Positions 55,035 to 64,000 of a DNA stretch of 64,000 nt are shown here, one piece after another. The stretch lies in assembly GCA_040752575.1 (NCBI GenBank), contig JBFMGK010000052.1, positions 17,858-81,857 of the forward strand, in the 5' to 3' direction. Both the position numbers and the translations under genes were made by a program. Source of the DNA: Candidatus Bipolaricaulota bacterium. GTDB lineage: Bacteria > Bipolaricaulota > Bipolaricaulia > UBA7950 > UBA9294. Below the pieces are notes generated by a model that worked only from the letters and a program-made list of their open reading frames with translations, ran no database searches and had not been told where the DNA came from. The stretch's first letter is position 1. The number at the start of each line of letters is the position of its first letter.

Positions 55035-56299
55035 CCCTCCTCTCCGGCGGGCGTCGCCTCGCGGAGAACGGCCGACTCCCGGAGGACTGTGAGAAGCTTC
55101 TCGTTGACCTTACCCGAACGGTAGTCTTCCCAACGATCTTCAGCCTTCAGGTGGGCGACGAACCGCACGGGATCCTCGCCACCCTCTTCGGCCTCTCGCC
55201 GCGCGATCTCCTCGAGCGCTGCATCGTCGAGCGCGACGCCCTCGGCGTTGCCGAGTGCGCGCAGGGCGAGCTCGCGTCGCAGTCTCCTTTCCACGGACGC
55301 ACGAAGATCCGTCCGGATCGACTCCTCGCTGGTTCCGCGCTCCTGGAGGACCTCGGCGAAGGGGCGCGGACTCGGCGGTCTCTCGAACGCTTGCCTCATC
55401 CGCTCAAGCTCCTCCTCGACAAGCTCGAGGACAAACGGCTCAGGAAGCGGGATCGCCGCCTTCTCGACGAGCAGATCGAGCAACCTCCCTTCGATCAGGT
55501 GTCTCCGCTGCCCGTCCCGCGCATCCTGGAGTCGACGCCGTACGTCGTCCCGGAGCTGCGCGAGCGACTCGAACCCCGCGTCTTTCGCCAGGTCGTCGTC
55601 GATCTCCGGCAGGACGAGCTGACGAAGGCCGAGGACCTCGAGCTTCGTGCGGAATGGCTGTCCTCCCTCGCGTGCCGGGGCCTCGATCACCGCCGCCTCG
55701 CCGAGGTGGAGCCCGATGAGGCGCCCCGTCAGAGGATTCGACGCCTCGGCCCGGGTGTCCCACTCGGCGTCCCGCTCGCGCACGCGCACGATGTCTCCCT
55801 CCGAGACGAGATCGCCCTCGCGATTCTCAAGCGTTCCGAACCGGCCGCGGATCTCCTCTAACGCCTCGTTGACTTCCTCGTCGCTAACCGCCATCGGGGG
55901 CGGCACCTCGGCCTCCAGTCCCCGGTACGGCGGGAGAGTCACCTCGGGAAGCACGCTGAAGGACGCTTCGAAGACATAGCTCTCGGAGTTGTCCGACGAG
56001 ACCTCCGCGACCTCGGGCATCGAAACGGGACGAAGTGCCAACTGGTCGAGGGCTTCTGCGAGATGCTTGCGCTGCAGTTCGTCTTTGGCTTCGTTGACAA
56101 AGGCCTCACGGCCGAACCTGGACTCCAATACGCCCCGCGGCACTCTTCCCTTCCGGAAGCCGGGAATTGCGAGCTCATGGGCGTAGCGCACGTACACACC
56201 TTCGATCTGGCGTTCGACGTCCTCGCGGGCAATGCTGACGCGAACCGTCGCCGCCGTCGGCTCATGCGCCTTGATTTCGTAGGCTGTTTGGTTGTTCAT
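55031..56299 (-). CDS. tig: Trigger factor with shortened PPIase domain
   Basis: [10 protein letters not shown] ribosome-binding signature, [10 protein letters not shown]; tig-clpP synteny. Confidence 0.92.
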   Translation of the reverse strand: MNNQTAYEIKAHEPTAATVRVSIAREDVERQIEGVYVRYAHELAIPGFRKGRVPRGVLESRFGREAFVNEAKDELQRKHLAEALDQLALRPVSMPEVAEVSSDNSESYVFEASFSVLPEVTLPPYRGLEAEVPPPMAVSDEEVNEALEEIRGRFGTLENREGDLVSEGDIVRVRERDAEWDTRAEASNPLTGRLIGLHLGEAAVIEAPAREGGQPFRTKLEVLGLRQLVLPEIDDDLAKDAGFESLAQLRDDVRRRLQDARDGQRRHLIEGRLLDLLVEKAAIPLPEPFVLELVEEELERMRQAFERPPSPRPFAEVLQERGTSEESIRTDLRASVERRLRRELALRALGNAEGVALDDAALEEIARREAEEGGEDPVRFVAHLKAEDRWEDYRSGKVNEKLLTVLRESAVLREATPAGEEG

Positions 56300-56383
56300 C
56301 CATCCTCTGCAGGACACGTGAAGTGAACGCGGAGTATACGCGCGCTGATGGCGTACCACAAGGAAACCACCACCCAATGGGCG

Positions 56384-57094
56384 CTAGCCGAAGATCATCA
56401 CGAGCCACGCGGGACCGAGAAGCCTCACCCACAGAGGCTGGATGGCGTTGAACAGGAAGCTCACGCCGCCGAACCCAATCAGCACGAGCAGGATCAGAAA
56501 CCCGTACCTCTCGGCGGCGAAGAGCGCCCGACGCCCCTCCGGCGGCAAGAAGTATGCGAGAACGCGCGACCCATCCAGCGGCGGGATGGGAATCATGTTG
56601 AAGACGGCCAGGATCACCGAGTAGATCACGAACAGCCCCAGAAGGGCGAACAGCGCTCGAATCGCGTAGTCGCCGAAACCGGCAGGTTGCAGGACGACCT
56701 GCGCGGACACCCCGCGCAGGGCGAGGCGGCCGACGCCTGCACCGATCGCCGCCAAAGCGAGGTTGGTCCCCGGGCCAGCCAATGCGACCCAGAGCATGCC
56801 GCGGAAGCGATTCGCGAAGTAGTTCGGGTTCACGGGAACCGGCTTCGCCCAGCCGAACAGCGGCGTGTTCGCGCCGGGGAACAGCAGGTTCAAGAGGGCC
56901 AGCGTCACGGGGACCAGGATGGTCCCCACGGGATCGACGTGGGCGAGCGGATTCAACGTCAGACGGCCGTGGGCCTTTGCTGTGGGGTCGCCGAGTCGCG
57001 AGGCCACCCAGCCGTGCGCCACCTCGTGAAAGACGATCGCCGTGAACACCGCCACGAGCGACAGAATCACGTCGAGGATGAGGTCGATCGTCAT
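56384..57094 (-). CDS. Site-2 protease family (M50) protein
   Basis: HEVAHG, GRLTLNPLAH, ALAGPGTN, FNMIPIPPLDGS. Confidence 0.93.
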   Translation of the reverse strand: MTIDLILDVILSLVAVFTAIVFHEVAHGWVASRLGDPTAKAHGRLTLNPLAHVDPVGTILVPVTLALLNLLFPGANTPLFGWAKPVPVNPNYFANRFRGMLWVALAGPGTNLALAAIGAGVGRLALRGVSAQVVLQPAGFGDYAIRALFALLGLFVIYSVILAVFNMIPIPPLDGSRVLAYFLPPEGRRALFAAERYGFLILLVLIGFGGVSFLFNAIQPLWVRLLGPAWLVMIFG

Positions 57095-57101
57095 TTCCCC
57101 C

Positions 57102-58646
57102 CTACAGGTCGACAGTCAGTGTACTCCCGCGTGTCACGATTGCCAGCCCGGGCGCCCCACCTTTCGGCTTTCGGACGTTTCTTGCCTCGGTGTACGTAAC
57201 GGCGACCTTGCCGCGGCGATCGGCGCGAGAGTGCCTAGCCGCCAGCCGCGCCGCCTCTCCCAGGACGCTCGCCGGCACCTCAACGTGCTCGCCCAGCCGA
57301 ATCAGCACGTGGGCGCCGGCCACGCCCAAGGCATGAAGCCAGATGTCGTGCGGCGCGGCGCCGCGAAGAACGGCGTCGTTCTCGCGGGCGCTACGCCCAA
57401 TAAGGACCGTGTACCCCTCGATCTGCACTCGGCGAGGACCCGCGGCCGGGGCGACACGGGCCGGACGGGCCTGCGGCAGCAGGTCTGCAACGTCGGCGTC
57501 TGCCCCCCCATCGAGGGCGGCCCGCAGGCGGCTCGCCTCCGCGCGCACGCGGTCCAGACGTGCCATGACGCCCGGTCGGCCGCGATCGAGCTTCTTCGCC
57601 CGCTTGTAGAGGCGGCGCGCGTTCTCCCGACCGTCGAGCGCAGGATCGAGTTCCACCTCGGCCCATGCTCGTCGCGCCGGGTCGTGCGCAACGAGACGAA
57701 CCGCACCGCGCCCGATCTCCGCGGCGTGAAGCATGGCCAGATCTGCCTTCCTGCGAATGTCGTCCGCCGCGTCTGCGTCGTGCAGCCACGACTCAAGGCT
57801 GCGTATCGTCCTTTCGCGCTTGGCGAGCGCCTGCTGGATCGGGACGCGATGAGGCTCCGCGTTCCAGTCTGTGGCCAACTCACTCACGGGGAGGGTCTCG
57901 TCCAGGGCTGCCGCGAAGGTCGCGTGGGCCTCGCCCCCGGACACCGGGTAAAAGGTTGCGCGTCGGTCGCTCCGTACGACGTGCGGCTCGGGCTGGCTCG
58001 TCCACGCGACGAGGGCTGCGAGGCCTCTCTGAAGCTCCTCGGCAGTCCTGACCTCTCGCTCGAACAGGTCGCGAGCGGTGGGAAGCCCAAGGCCTGCCAC
58101 GCGGCGTACGAGTGCGTGAGCCGGGTCGACCGCCGACAACACCTCCACCCCTGTCGTCGAATCCACCCTCGTCGGGGCGAGCTTTTCTTGCGCCTCCAGC
58201 CCCACGTACGGCTTCCCGGGGAGTTGCCGCGGATCGCGGCGCAGCGCGCCAAGAACGACGTCATCGCCCAAGAGCAGGAGATTGCCCCGCGTTCCGGTCA
58301 GCTCGGCGACGACGTCAACGGTTCGCCGCCCGCCGTCCTCGACGCGCACGATGGTGAGGCGAACGACGCGTTCCCAGGGCATCTGGCTCAGTGCCGTAAC
58401 GCGCCCGCCAACGAGGTGCTTTCGAAGCTGCATGACGAAGGCACTCGGGGTCGCGGGGTTGTCGAGACTCCGCGCGGTCAAGTGAAAGCGCGCCTCGCGA
58501 GGAGAGAGCAGGAGGCGCCTCGTCTGCCCGGCGTACACGCCGAAGACAAACGTTCCGGGGATCGGTTCATGCACGGAGCGAAGGAGACCCCCTTCGATCC
58601 CGTGTCTCACCTCGACGAGGGAAGCAGCAATCGAGAGACCGTCCAT
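57102..58646 (-). CDS. rqcH: NFACT family / ribosome quality control RqcH (FbpA-like)
   Basis: MDGL, FVMQLRKHL, ELTGTRGNLLL, ENARRLYKRAKK, GRSARENDAV, WLHALGVAGAHV, VRKPKGGAPG. Confidence 0.9.
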   Translation of the reverse strand: MDGLSIAASLVEVRHGIEGGLLRSVHEPIPGTFVFGVYAGQTRRLLLSPREARFHLTARSLDNPATPSAFVMQLRKHLVGGRVTALSQMPWERVVRLTIVRVEDGGRRTVDVVAELTGTRGNLLLLGDDVVLGALRRDPRQLPGKPYVGLEAQEKLAPTRVDSTTGVEVLSAVDPAHALVRRVAGLGLPTARDLFEREVRTAEELQRGLAALVAWTSQPEPHVVRSDRRATFYPVSGGEAHATFAAALDETLPVSELATDWNAEPHRVPIQQALAKRERTIRSLESWLHDADAADDIRRKADLAMLHAAEIGRGAVRLVAHDPARRAWAEVELDPALDGRENARRLYKRAKKLDRGRPGVMARLDRVRAEASRLRAALDGGADADVADLLPQARPARVAPAAGPRRVQIEGYTVLIGRSARENDAVLRGAAPHDIWLHALGVAGAHVLIRLGEHVEVPASVLGEAARLAARHSRADRRGKVAVTYTEARNVRKPKGGAPGLAIVTRGSTLTVDL

Positions 58647-58695
58647 GTGCGGGTGTTGCGGACCTCCAGGCGCAAAGCTATACTCCGATTCTACC

Positions 58696-58771
58696 GCCGG
58701 CGTAGCTCAGTCGGTAGAGCTACAGTTTCGTAAACTGTGGGTCACTGGTTCGAATCCAGTCGCCGGCTCCA
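58696..58771 (+). tRNA. tRNA-Thr (anticodon CGT)
   Basis: GCCGGCGTAGCTCAGTCGGTAGAGCTACAGTTTCGTAAACTGTGGGTCACTGGTTCGAATCCAGTCGCCGGCTCCA; TATACT just upstream. Confidence 0.96.
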
Positions 58772-58931
58772 ACCCCCGCCTCACGGAGTAGGGGACAATG
58801 GTCCCTTGTTGCCGAGGCATTCCGTCCCTCCTGTCCGGGCACAGCGCCACGAGAAACGGCGTCTCTCCCGATACGATCCTTCCAACGTGGTGTTCCGCCG
58901 GTCTGTGGCGGCGCAGAAGGGGTGAGATACC

Positions 58932-59624
58932 GTGAATGACCTAGGGAAGATCGCCGTGATCAGCGCCATTATGGGGGCGCTCCTCGTCGTCGGCCTACTC
59001 CTGGCGCCGGCCGATCGGTCCGCCGAGGAAGAGGTTGTGGTCGTGGCTCCAGAGCAGCCCGCCGTCGCCGAGGTAACGGTGGTGCGCGATGTGTCGCTCG
59101 AAATGCTCTCTCCGATCTACTCCGAGAAGGCCGTCTACGAGGACGGCACCCTCCGCGTCTCGTTCGACGCGTCGTTCGATGGAGCTTCGATCGAGAGCCG
59201 CCTTCCGTTCTGGCTGCACAACACGTCGTGTGAGACGATCGCCGTGCTCTGGGACCGCTGCTCGCTGCAGCTCCCGGGCGGCAACACCGTCCCGGTGTTG
59301 AGCGAGCAGGGCCTCGAGTACGGCATGGGCCCCGTCCTCTCGATCGCTCCAGGCGGAGACCTGTTCGACGCTCTGATCCCGATCACAGAGCTGCTGTGGA
59401 CCGAGGAGGGCTACGAGACGTCGCTTTCGGTCCTCGACCAAGGCATCTTCACGCTGGTTCTGGCCATCGAGCGAGGTGTATCCACCGCCGTCTGCACGAC
59501 GCCGTCGGCCGTGGGGGAGTGCGGCCCGATCATGGCGCCTCCGACCCTTCAGGTCGTCCGGGCGCCGGAGTGCGGAACCGGGCGCGAGATCGCATACTAC
59601 GCCTTCCGCTTCGTGATTCGCTGA
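58932..59624 (+). CDS. Hypothetical exported/membrane-anchored protein
   Basis: N-terminal hydrophobic segment, coding-like composition, followed by a terminator. Confidence 0.7.
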   Translation: MNDLGKIAVISAIMGALLVVGLLLAPADRSAEEEVVVVAPEQPAVAEVTVVRDVSLEMLSPIYSEKAVYEDGTLRVSFDASFDGASIESRLPFWLHNTSCETIAVLWDRCSLQLPGGNTVPVLSEQGLEYGMGPVLSIAPGGDLFDALIPITELLWTEEGYETSLSVLDQGIFTLVLAIERGVSTAVCTTPSAVGECGPIMAPPTLQVVRAPECGTGREIAYYAFRFVIR

Positions 59625-59652
59625 TCCTGTAACCATCACATCGTAAGACCGC

Positions 59653-59678
59653 CGGGGCCCTTCGGGGCCCCGTTTCTT
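59653..59678 (+). terminator. Intrinsic terminator
   Basis: CGGGGCCC-TTCG-GGGCCCCG-TTTCTT. Confidence 0.85.
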
Positions 59679-59767
59679 GTGCAAAGTCCGATTTGCTCCG
59701 CGCCTCTCTTTTGCTGTAGGCTAGACCATGTGACAGGGACCTCAAAGAGTCACAGGAGGTGGGGCAC

Positions 59768-59944
59768 ATGGTGCGAAAGAGCGAGGTCACAACCCTTTCG
59801 ATCTACATTCCCAAGAGCAAGCTCGACCGAAAGCCCATAGAGCGGCTCGACCGTCTGGCCAAGAAACTCGATCGATCGATCAACTACCTCGTCGTCGAAG
59901 CCATCGTCCAGTACCTCGACCGCGAGGAGAAGAGGAAGGCCTAG
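59768..59944 (+). CDS. Ribbon-helix-helix (CopG-like) DNA-binding protein
   Basis: AGGAGGT RBS; TLSIYIP strand, ERLDRLAKKLDRSINYLVVEAIVQYL. Confidence 0.8.
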   Translation: MVRKSEVTTLSIYIPKSKLDRKPIERLDRLAKKLDRSINYLVVEAIVQYLDREEKRKA

Positions 59945-59971
59945 GTTCCCGGCTCTCTGCCGGACCTACCT

Positions 59972-61357
59972 CTAGAGGTCGTAGTAGAGGGCAACCTCAT
60001 GAGGGTGCGGACGCAAGGCCACGCAAGCGGCCTCTTGGCGCTTGACGCGAACCCACTCTTCGAGCAGGCCTGGAGTGAAGACTCCATCGGCTACCAGGTA
60101 GTCGTGATCTGCCTCCAGGGCGTCGAGTGCTTCGTCCAGGGTCCTGGGAGGTGTCTCGGCGCTCGCTTCGGGAACTGAGGCATCTCGCTCGAACGGCCCG
60201 AACCCAAGGTCCTGCGCATTGAGTTTCCGGGCGATCCCGTCAAGTCCCGCCAGCAGGATGGCCGCAAAGGCCAGATATGGATTGCACGTTGCGTCCATCG
60301 TCCGCAGTTCCATCCGGGTCGTCTCTCCTTTGGCATACGCGGGAATCCGCACAGCCGCGCTGCGGTTGCCCGAGCCGAAGACAAAGCACACCGGCGCTTC
60401 GTGCCCCGGGACGAGCCGGCGATAGGAGTTCGTCGACGCGTTGGTCAGAGCCATGAGGCTCCGGCCGTGCGTCAACACCCCTCCGATGTAGCAGAGGCCG
60501 ACCTCCGAGAGCCCCCGCCCTCCGTTGAATCGATTCCTCCCCCCCTGCATCACGTATTGGTGAAGGTGCATCCCGCTCCCCGCATGGCCGTGCATCGGTT
60601 TCGGAAGAAATGTCGCGCTGAGGCCTAGATCATCGGCGGCGCCTCGAACCAGGAGCTTCATGATCATGGTGACATCGGCCATCCGAACGAGCGGCGCGAA
60701 GCCCAGCTCGATCTCCTGTTGGCCAAATGCCCCGACCTCGTGGTGGTGGTACTTCACGTCGATGCCCGCCGCCGCCGCGCGCCGCGCGACCTCGCAGCGC
60801 ATCGAGAACAGTCGGTCGCCGGGCACCGAGGCATGGTAGGCCGATGCCGCCCCAACGAACGGCGTCAGGTCATCACGCCCCTCGCATCCCTCGACGGACT
60901 CGAACTCGAGACCCGACTTCGCCGGGTCGCTGTGGAACCTCGCCGACTCGAAGACGTAGTACTCGAACTCCGGACTCACGAAAAGGTCGTCACCCTGACC
61001 TCGCGAACGAAGCACGGCTGCCGCGCGCTCTGCGACCCCGCGGGGATCGAGCGAAGCTCGCTCTTGCGATCCCGCGTCGTGTACGTTCGAGATCAAGACC
61101 ATGAGGCGTTCGCCCCCCGCGTCTTCGACGTACGCCGTGAGAAGGTCGGGGACGAGGACCATGTCGCTCCCCTCGACGCCCCGGAACCCGTAGTTCGAGC
61201 CGTCGAATCCAACCCCATCGCGCAGCAGCGCCTCCGTAAGACGCTTGGCCGGCAGCGTGACGTGTCGCCACCGTCCGGTAAGGTCGACGGCCCGTAAGTC
61301 GACGAAGTCGATCGCCTGTTCCTCGATCTGCTGTCGCAGCTGGTTCAGATCCGACAT
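59972..61357 (-). CDS. glnA: Glutamine synthetase type I
   Basis: GFDGS, PEFEYY, HHHEVG..QQEI, ATFLPKP..GSGMHLHQ, NSYRRLVPGHEAP, NRSAAVRIP. Confidence 0.93.
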   Translation of the reverse strand: MSDLNQLRQQIEEQAIDFVDLRAVDLTGRWRHVTLPAKRLTEALLRDGVGFDGSNYGFRGVEGSDMVLVPDLLTAYVEDAGGERLMVLISNVHDAGSQERASLDPRGVAERAAAVLRSRGQGDDLFVSPEFEYYVFESARFHSDPAKSGLEFESVEGCEGRDDLTPFVGAASAYHASVPGDRLFSMRCEVARRAAAAGIDVKYHHHEVGAFGQQEIELGFAPLVRMADVTMIMKLLVRGAADDLGLSATFLPKPMHGHAGSGMHLHQYVMQGGRNRFNGGRGLSEVGLCYIGGVLTHGRSLMALTNASTNSYRRLVPGHEAPVCFVFGSGNRSAAVRIPAYAKGETTRMELRTMDATCNPYLAFAAILLAGLDGIARKLNAQDLGFGPFERDASVPEASAETPPRTLDEALDALEADHDYLVADGVFTPGLLEEWVRVKRQEAACVALRPHPHEVALYYDL

Positions 61358-61431
61358 GAGCACCTCACGTGACACGGTATCCGGGGGGGCGAAAGGGTAA
61401 CGTCTTGCCTTCGCCCCGACAACCGACCCTC

Positions 61432-62697
61432 CTAGCCGTGCAGACGCTGGGCCGCCACGAACGACAGGCCGCGCCGCGTCAGAGCTGCGGCGGTCTCGTT
61501 CAGGGCGTCATGCTTGTCCAGATAGTTGCGCTCCAGCGCCGGCATGAGGCCCTGCGCCAGGATCTCTGACTTCGCGAGGAAGTACTCGAGGATGTCCGAC
61601 GGGTGATCGCGCGTCGCTTCGATGGCCGGCTTGCCCCCCTCGTGCTTGGCGGAGACGTTCGCAACTCGGCCTGCCAACTCGACCAGCTCATCCGTTCGGT
61701 CGTACGGCTGGATCACGATCGAGCGCCACGTCTCGGTGATGTGGTGCTCGAAGCGAACGTTTTCCTCGAGTCGCAGCGCCTGTCGGACTGCGGCGCCCTT
61801 CTCGATCGTGTCGTTGGAGACGGAGTTTGACCAGTTGAACCCGATCAACGACGTAGTCCCGTCGTCGCGCGAGAAGAGCTTCGCCCCCATCAGCGTCCAC
61901 AGCGCGGCGTAGGGGTTGTCGTTTCCCATGTAGACCGAGATCTTGAACTCGATGTCGATTCCGAGTTTATGCAGCAGGTAGCCGAGCAACACGGTACCCG
62001 GGTTGACGTTGAGGACCTGCCGAATGCCGTACTCAGTGTAGTAGCCGAGGAACTCGTCGACCCACCTCAGAGCGTGCTCGTTCGGTTGCCCGACCCCGCC
62101 GAAGTAGCCGGTGATCGTGGACGGCCCGCCGAGGTGGATGTTGGAGCCGTCGGTCCCCTTCGTATCAAGCGTCTCGACGTACGACGCGCCGACGATCTGC
62201 ATCGCCGCGGCAATCGCGAGCGTGTCCCCTTGATCCTGGGTCTGTTCGGCCATGTTTCGCACGCGGATGTATCGCCCGGGCATGACCTCGCTCCGGGCGA
62301 TGGCTTGACGCGCCTCGGCGATCAACCAGGGGAAGAACTGGAGGGCGCTGATCTCGAGCGTCACCGGATGCCGCTCGTCGAACGAGACCGCCCCGCCTCG
62401 ATCGCCCAGCACGCGCCGGCGGAAGTCCGCGATACGCACGAACGCCCTGCGATCCCGCTCGCGGGTCAGCCACTCGAGATCCTCGAGGTAGGGGGAACCC
62501 GCGGCCCGCAGCCGCTCGAGCAATCGCGGAAGCTGTCGAGCTTCCGTCGCCCGGCGGTTGATCTCGTCCGGTCCGCCGTGCTGGCGCACGACGTCCAACA
62601 GCGCGTTCACGACTTCGCACCGCGGGTCGAGAAGCAGAGCGTTGATCTCCTCGACGTGCCGCAGGGGGATCGCCAGTCGCTTCCGTAGATCGTCCAT
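61432..62697 (-). CDS. Conserved-looking hypothetical protein co-transcribed with panB
   Basis: 421-aa ORF with GAGGAGG RBS, 23 bp downstream of panB; enzyme-like motifs LDTKGTDGSNIHLGG, FEHHITE, SAKHEGG. Confidence 0.75.
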   Translation of the reverse strand: MDDLRKRLAIPLRHVEEINALLLDPRCEVVNALLDVVRQHGGPDEINRRATEARQLPRLLERLRAAGSPYLEDLEWLTRERDRRAFVRIADFRRRVLGDRGGAVSFDERHPVTLEISALQFFPWLIAEARQAIARSEVMPGRYIRVRNMAEQTQDQGDTLAIAAAMQIVGASYVETLDTKGTDGSNIHLGGPSTITGYFGGVGQPNEHALRWVDEFLGYYTEYGIRQVLNVNPGTVLLGYLLHKLGIDIEFKISVYMGNDNPYAALWTLMGAKLFSRDDGTTSLIGFNWSNSVSNDTIEKGAAVRQALRLEENVRFEHHITETWRSIVIQPYDRTDELVELAGRVANVSAKHEGGKPAIEATRDHPSDILEYFLAKSEILAQGLMPALERNYLDKHDALNETAAALTRRGLSFVAAQRLHG

Positions 62698-62720
62698 CGT
62701 CTCCTCCTCGTGGGAGCGTG

Positions 62721-63581
62721 CTATTCGAACTCGCGCGTCAGCGCAGGAAACTGCCCCGCCTCGTCCTTCAGCATGTGATAGCAGTGCTCGTCCGCCGGGA
62801 AACGCCCGGCTTTGACGTCGGCGACGTACTCGGTCATCGCCTGGGTTACGACCGAAGCCACGTCGCAGTACTTGCGTACGAATTTCGGGGTGAACGCCTG
62901 GAACTGGCCGATCAGGTCCGAGACGATGAGCAGCTGGCCGTCACACTCCGGTCCCGCTCCAATGCTCAGGACCGGAATCGACAGACGGCGGGCGATGAAT
63001 CCGGCGACTTCGGGCGGAACAGCCTCGAGCAGCAGGAGCTGAGCTCCGGTGGCCTCGATCGCGAGCGCATCTTCGATCAGCAACCTCGCCGACTCGATGG
63101 TGCGTCCCTGGGCCTTGTGCCCCCCGAGCTGTCCTGAGCTCTGCGGCGTGAGCCCGATGTGTCCGCAAACGACGATCCCCGCGTCGAGAAGCGCGCGGAT
63201 TCTCGAAAGCACGCGCTTCCCGCCTTCGAGCTTCACGGCGTCGACGCCTGCCTCCTTGAGGAAGCGGCCGGCGTTGCGAACCGCCTCCTCATCGCTCACC
63301 TGATAGCTCAGGAACGGCATGTCGCCGACGACCAACGTGTTCGGAGCGGCACGGCGAACGGCCTCGGAGTGGACGATGCACTGGTCCATCGTGACCGGGA
63401 CGGTGCCTTCGTACCCGTAGACGCACATCCCCAAGGAGTCCCCAACGAGCAGCATGTCCATCCCCGCAGCCTCGGCGAACTGAGCCGTCGGAAAGTCGTA
63501 TGCCGTGAGCCACGCGATCTTCTGTCCCGCGCGCTTCATCTCGCGCAGCGTGTGCACGCTGTGCTTTTTCTTCTCCGCCAT
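62721..63581 (-). CDS. panB: 3-methyl-2-oxobutanoate hydroxymethyltransferase
   Basis: LTAYD, LLVGDSLG, DMPFLSY, VKLEGG, GHIGLTPQ, IGAGPECDGQ. Confidence 0.97.
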   Translation of the reverse strand: MAEKKKHSVHTLREMKRAGQKIAWLTAYDFPTAQFAEAAGMDMLLVGDSLGMCVYGYEGTVPVTMDQCIVHSEAVRRAAPNTLVVGDMPFLSYQVSDEEAVRNAGRFLKEAGVDAVKLEGGKRVLSRIRALLDAGIVVCGHIGLTPQSSGQLGGHKAQGRTIESARLLIEDALAIEATGAQLLLLEAVPPEVAGFIARRLSIPVLSIGAGPECDGQLLIVSDLIGQFQAFTPKFVRKYCDVASVVTQAMTEYVADVKAGRFPADEHCYHMLKDEAGQFPALTREFE

Positions 63582-63613
63582 GGTCCTCCTTCGCGCCCCT
63601 GCGGGCGCAGCCG

Positions 63614-64000
63614 CTACACGTCGACGCCCACGACCCGCAACAGCGCGAGCAGGCGTACGAGCGGAAGCCCGACGACGTTGGTGTAGTCCCCGTCGATTCT
63701 CTCCACCAACGTCGCCCCGAGACCCTGAATCGCATACGCACCCGCGACGTCGCGGTACTCCCCGGTGGCGAGATACCGCTCGATGTCCTTCGCCTCCAGC
63801 GGGCGAAACCAGACGCGCGTCGTTTCGACGGCCTCGCTGGTTCGTCCATCCTCCGTATTGACGACGACCAGAGCCGTCAGAACGTCATGCGCCCTTCCCG
63901 CAAGCCGGGACAGCATCGATGCAGCCTCGTCGCGCGACGCTGGCTTGCCCAGCACGGCTCCATCGAGCGCAATAAGGGTATCCGCGGCAATGATCACCCC
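63614..64000 (-). CDS. maf: Maf family nucleoside triphosphate pyrophosphatase, C-terminal part (runs off window)
   Basis: AADT, LGKP, LAGRAHDVLT, AGAYAIQG, GDYTNVVGLP. Confidence 0.93.
   Translation of the reverse strand, partial: GVIIAADTLIALDGAVLGKPASRDEAASMLSRLAGRAHDVLTALVVVNTEDGRTSEAVETTRVWFRPLEAKDIERYLATGEYRDVAGAYAIQGLGATLVERIDGDYTNVVGLPLVRLLALLRVVGVDV

Noticed and set aside
57042..58733. Long antisense or alternative-frame ORFs (e.g. 57042-58733 +, 23686-25536 -, 43969-45312 +, 52019-53290 -)
   Set aside because: Shadow ORFs expected in high-GC DNA. They overlap well-supported genes and have Arg/Pro/Ala-rich sequences without family motifs.

Overview
High-GC bacterial chromosomal segment, gene-dense and mostly housekeeping, with no integrase, transposase, phage or cas genes visible. 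The gene set gives an unverified impression of Candidatus Bipolaricaulota (Acetothermia). Core content: a fluoride riboswitch ahead of crcB, tRNA-Gln(CTG), tRNA-Thr(CGT), yicC-gmk, ispE-cmk-plsC-rpsA-hup, era-diguanylate cyclase-GNAT-deoC-atpC-fabF, pheS, an Mbh-ordered Mrp antiporter cluster, cysS, several ABC systems, rqcH-S2P-tig-clpP, glnA, panB and maf. Most notable: (1) an intact archaeal-type gatE-gatD operon in a bacterium whose tRNA-Gln has the bacterial U1-A72 pair; (2) an array of small structured cassettes with covarying hairpins, each ending in a copy of the tRNA-Gln 3' end; (3) an Mrp/Mbh subunit fused to a family-3 solute-binding domain; (4) a DppB-DppC-pseudo-M28 peptidase triple fusion and other apparent pseudoenzymes; (5) a CGTC-tagged palindromic repeat cluster, a leaderless-promoter signature, and a GDT1 gene with an in-frame TGA. 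Calls come from motif recognition by eye, no searches were run, and start codons are best estimates.
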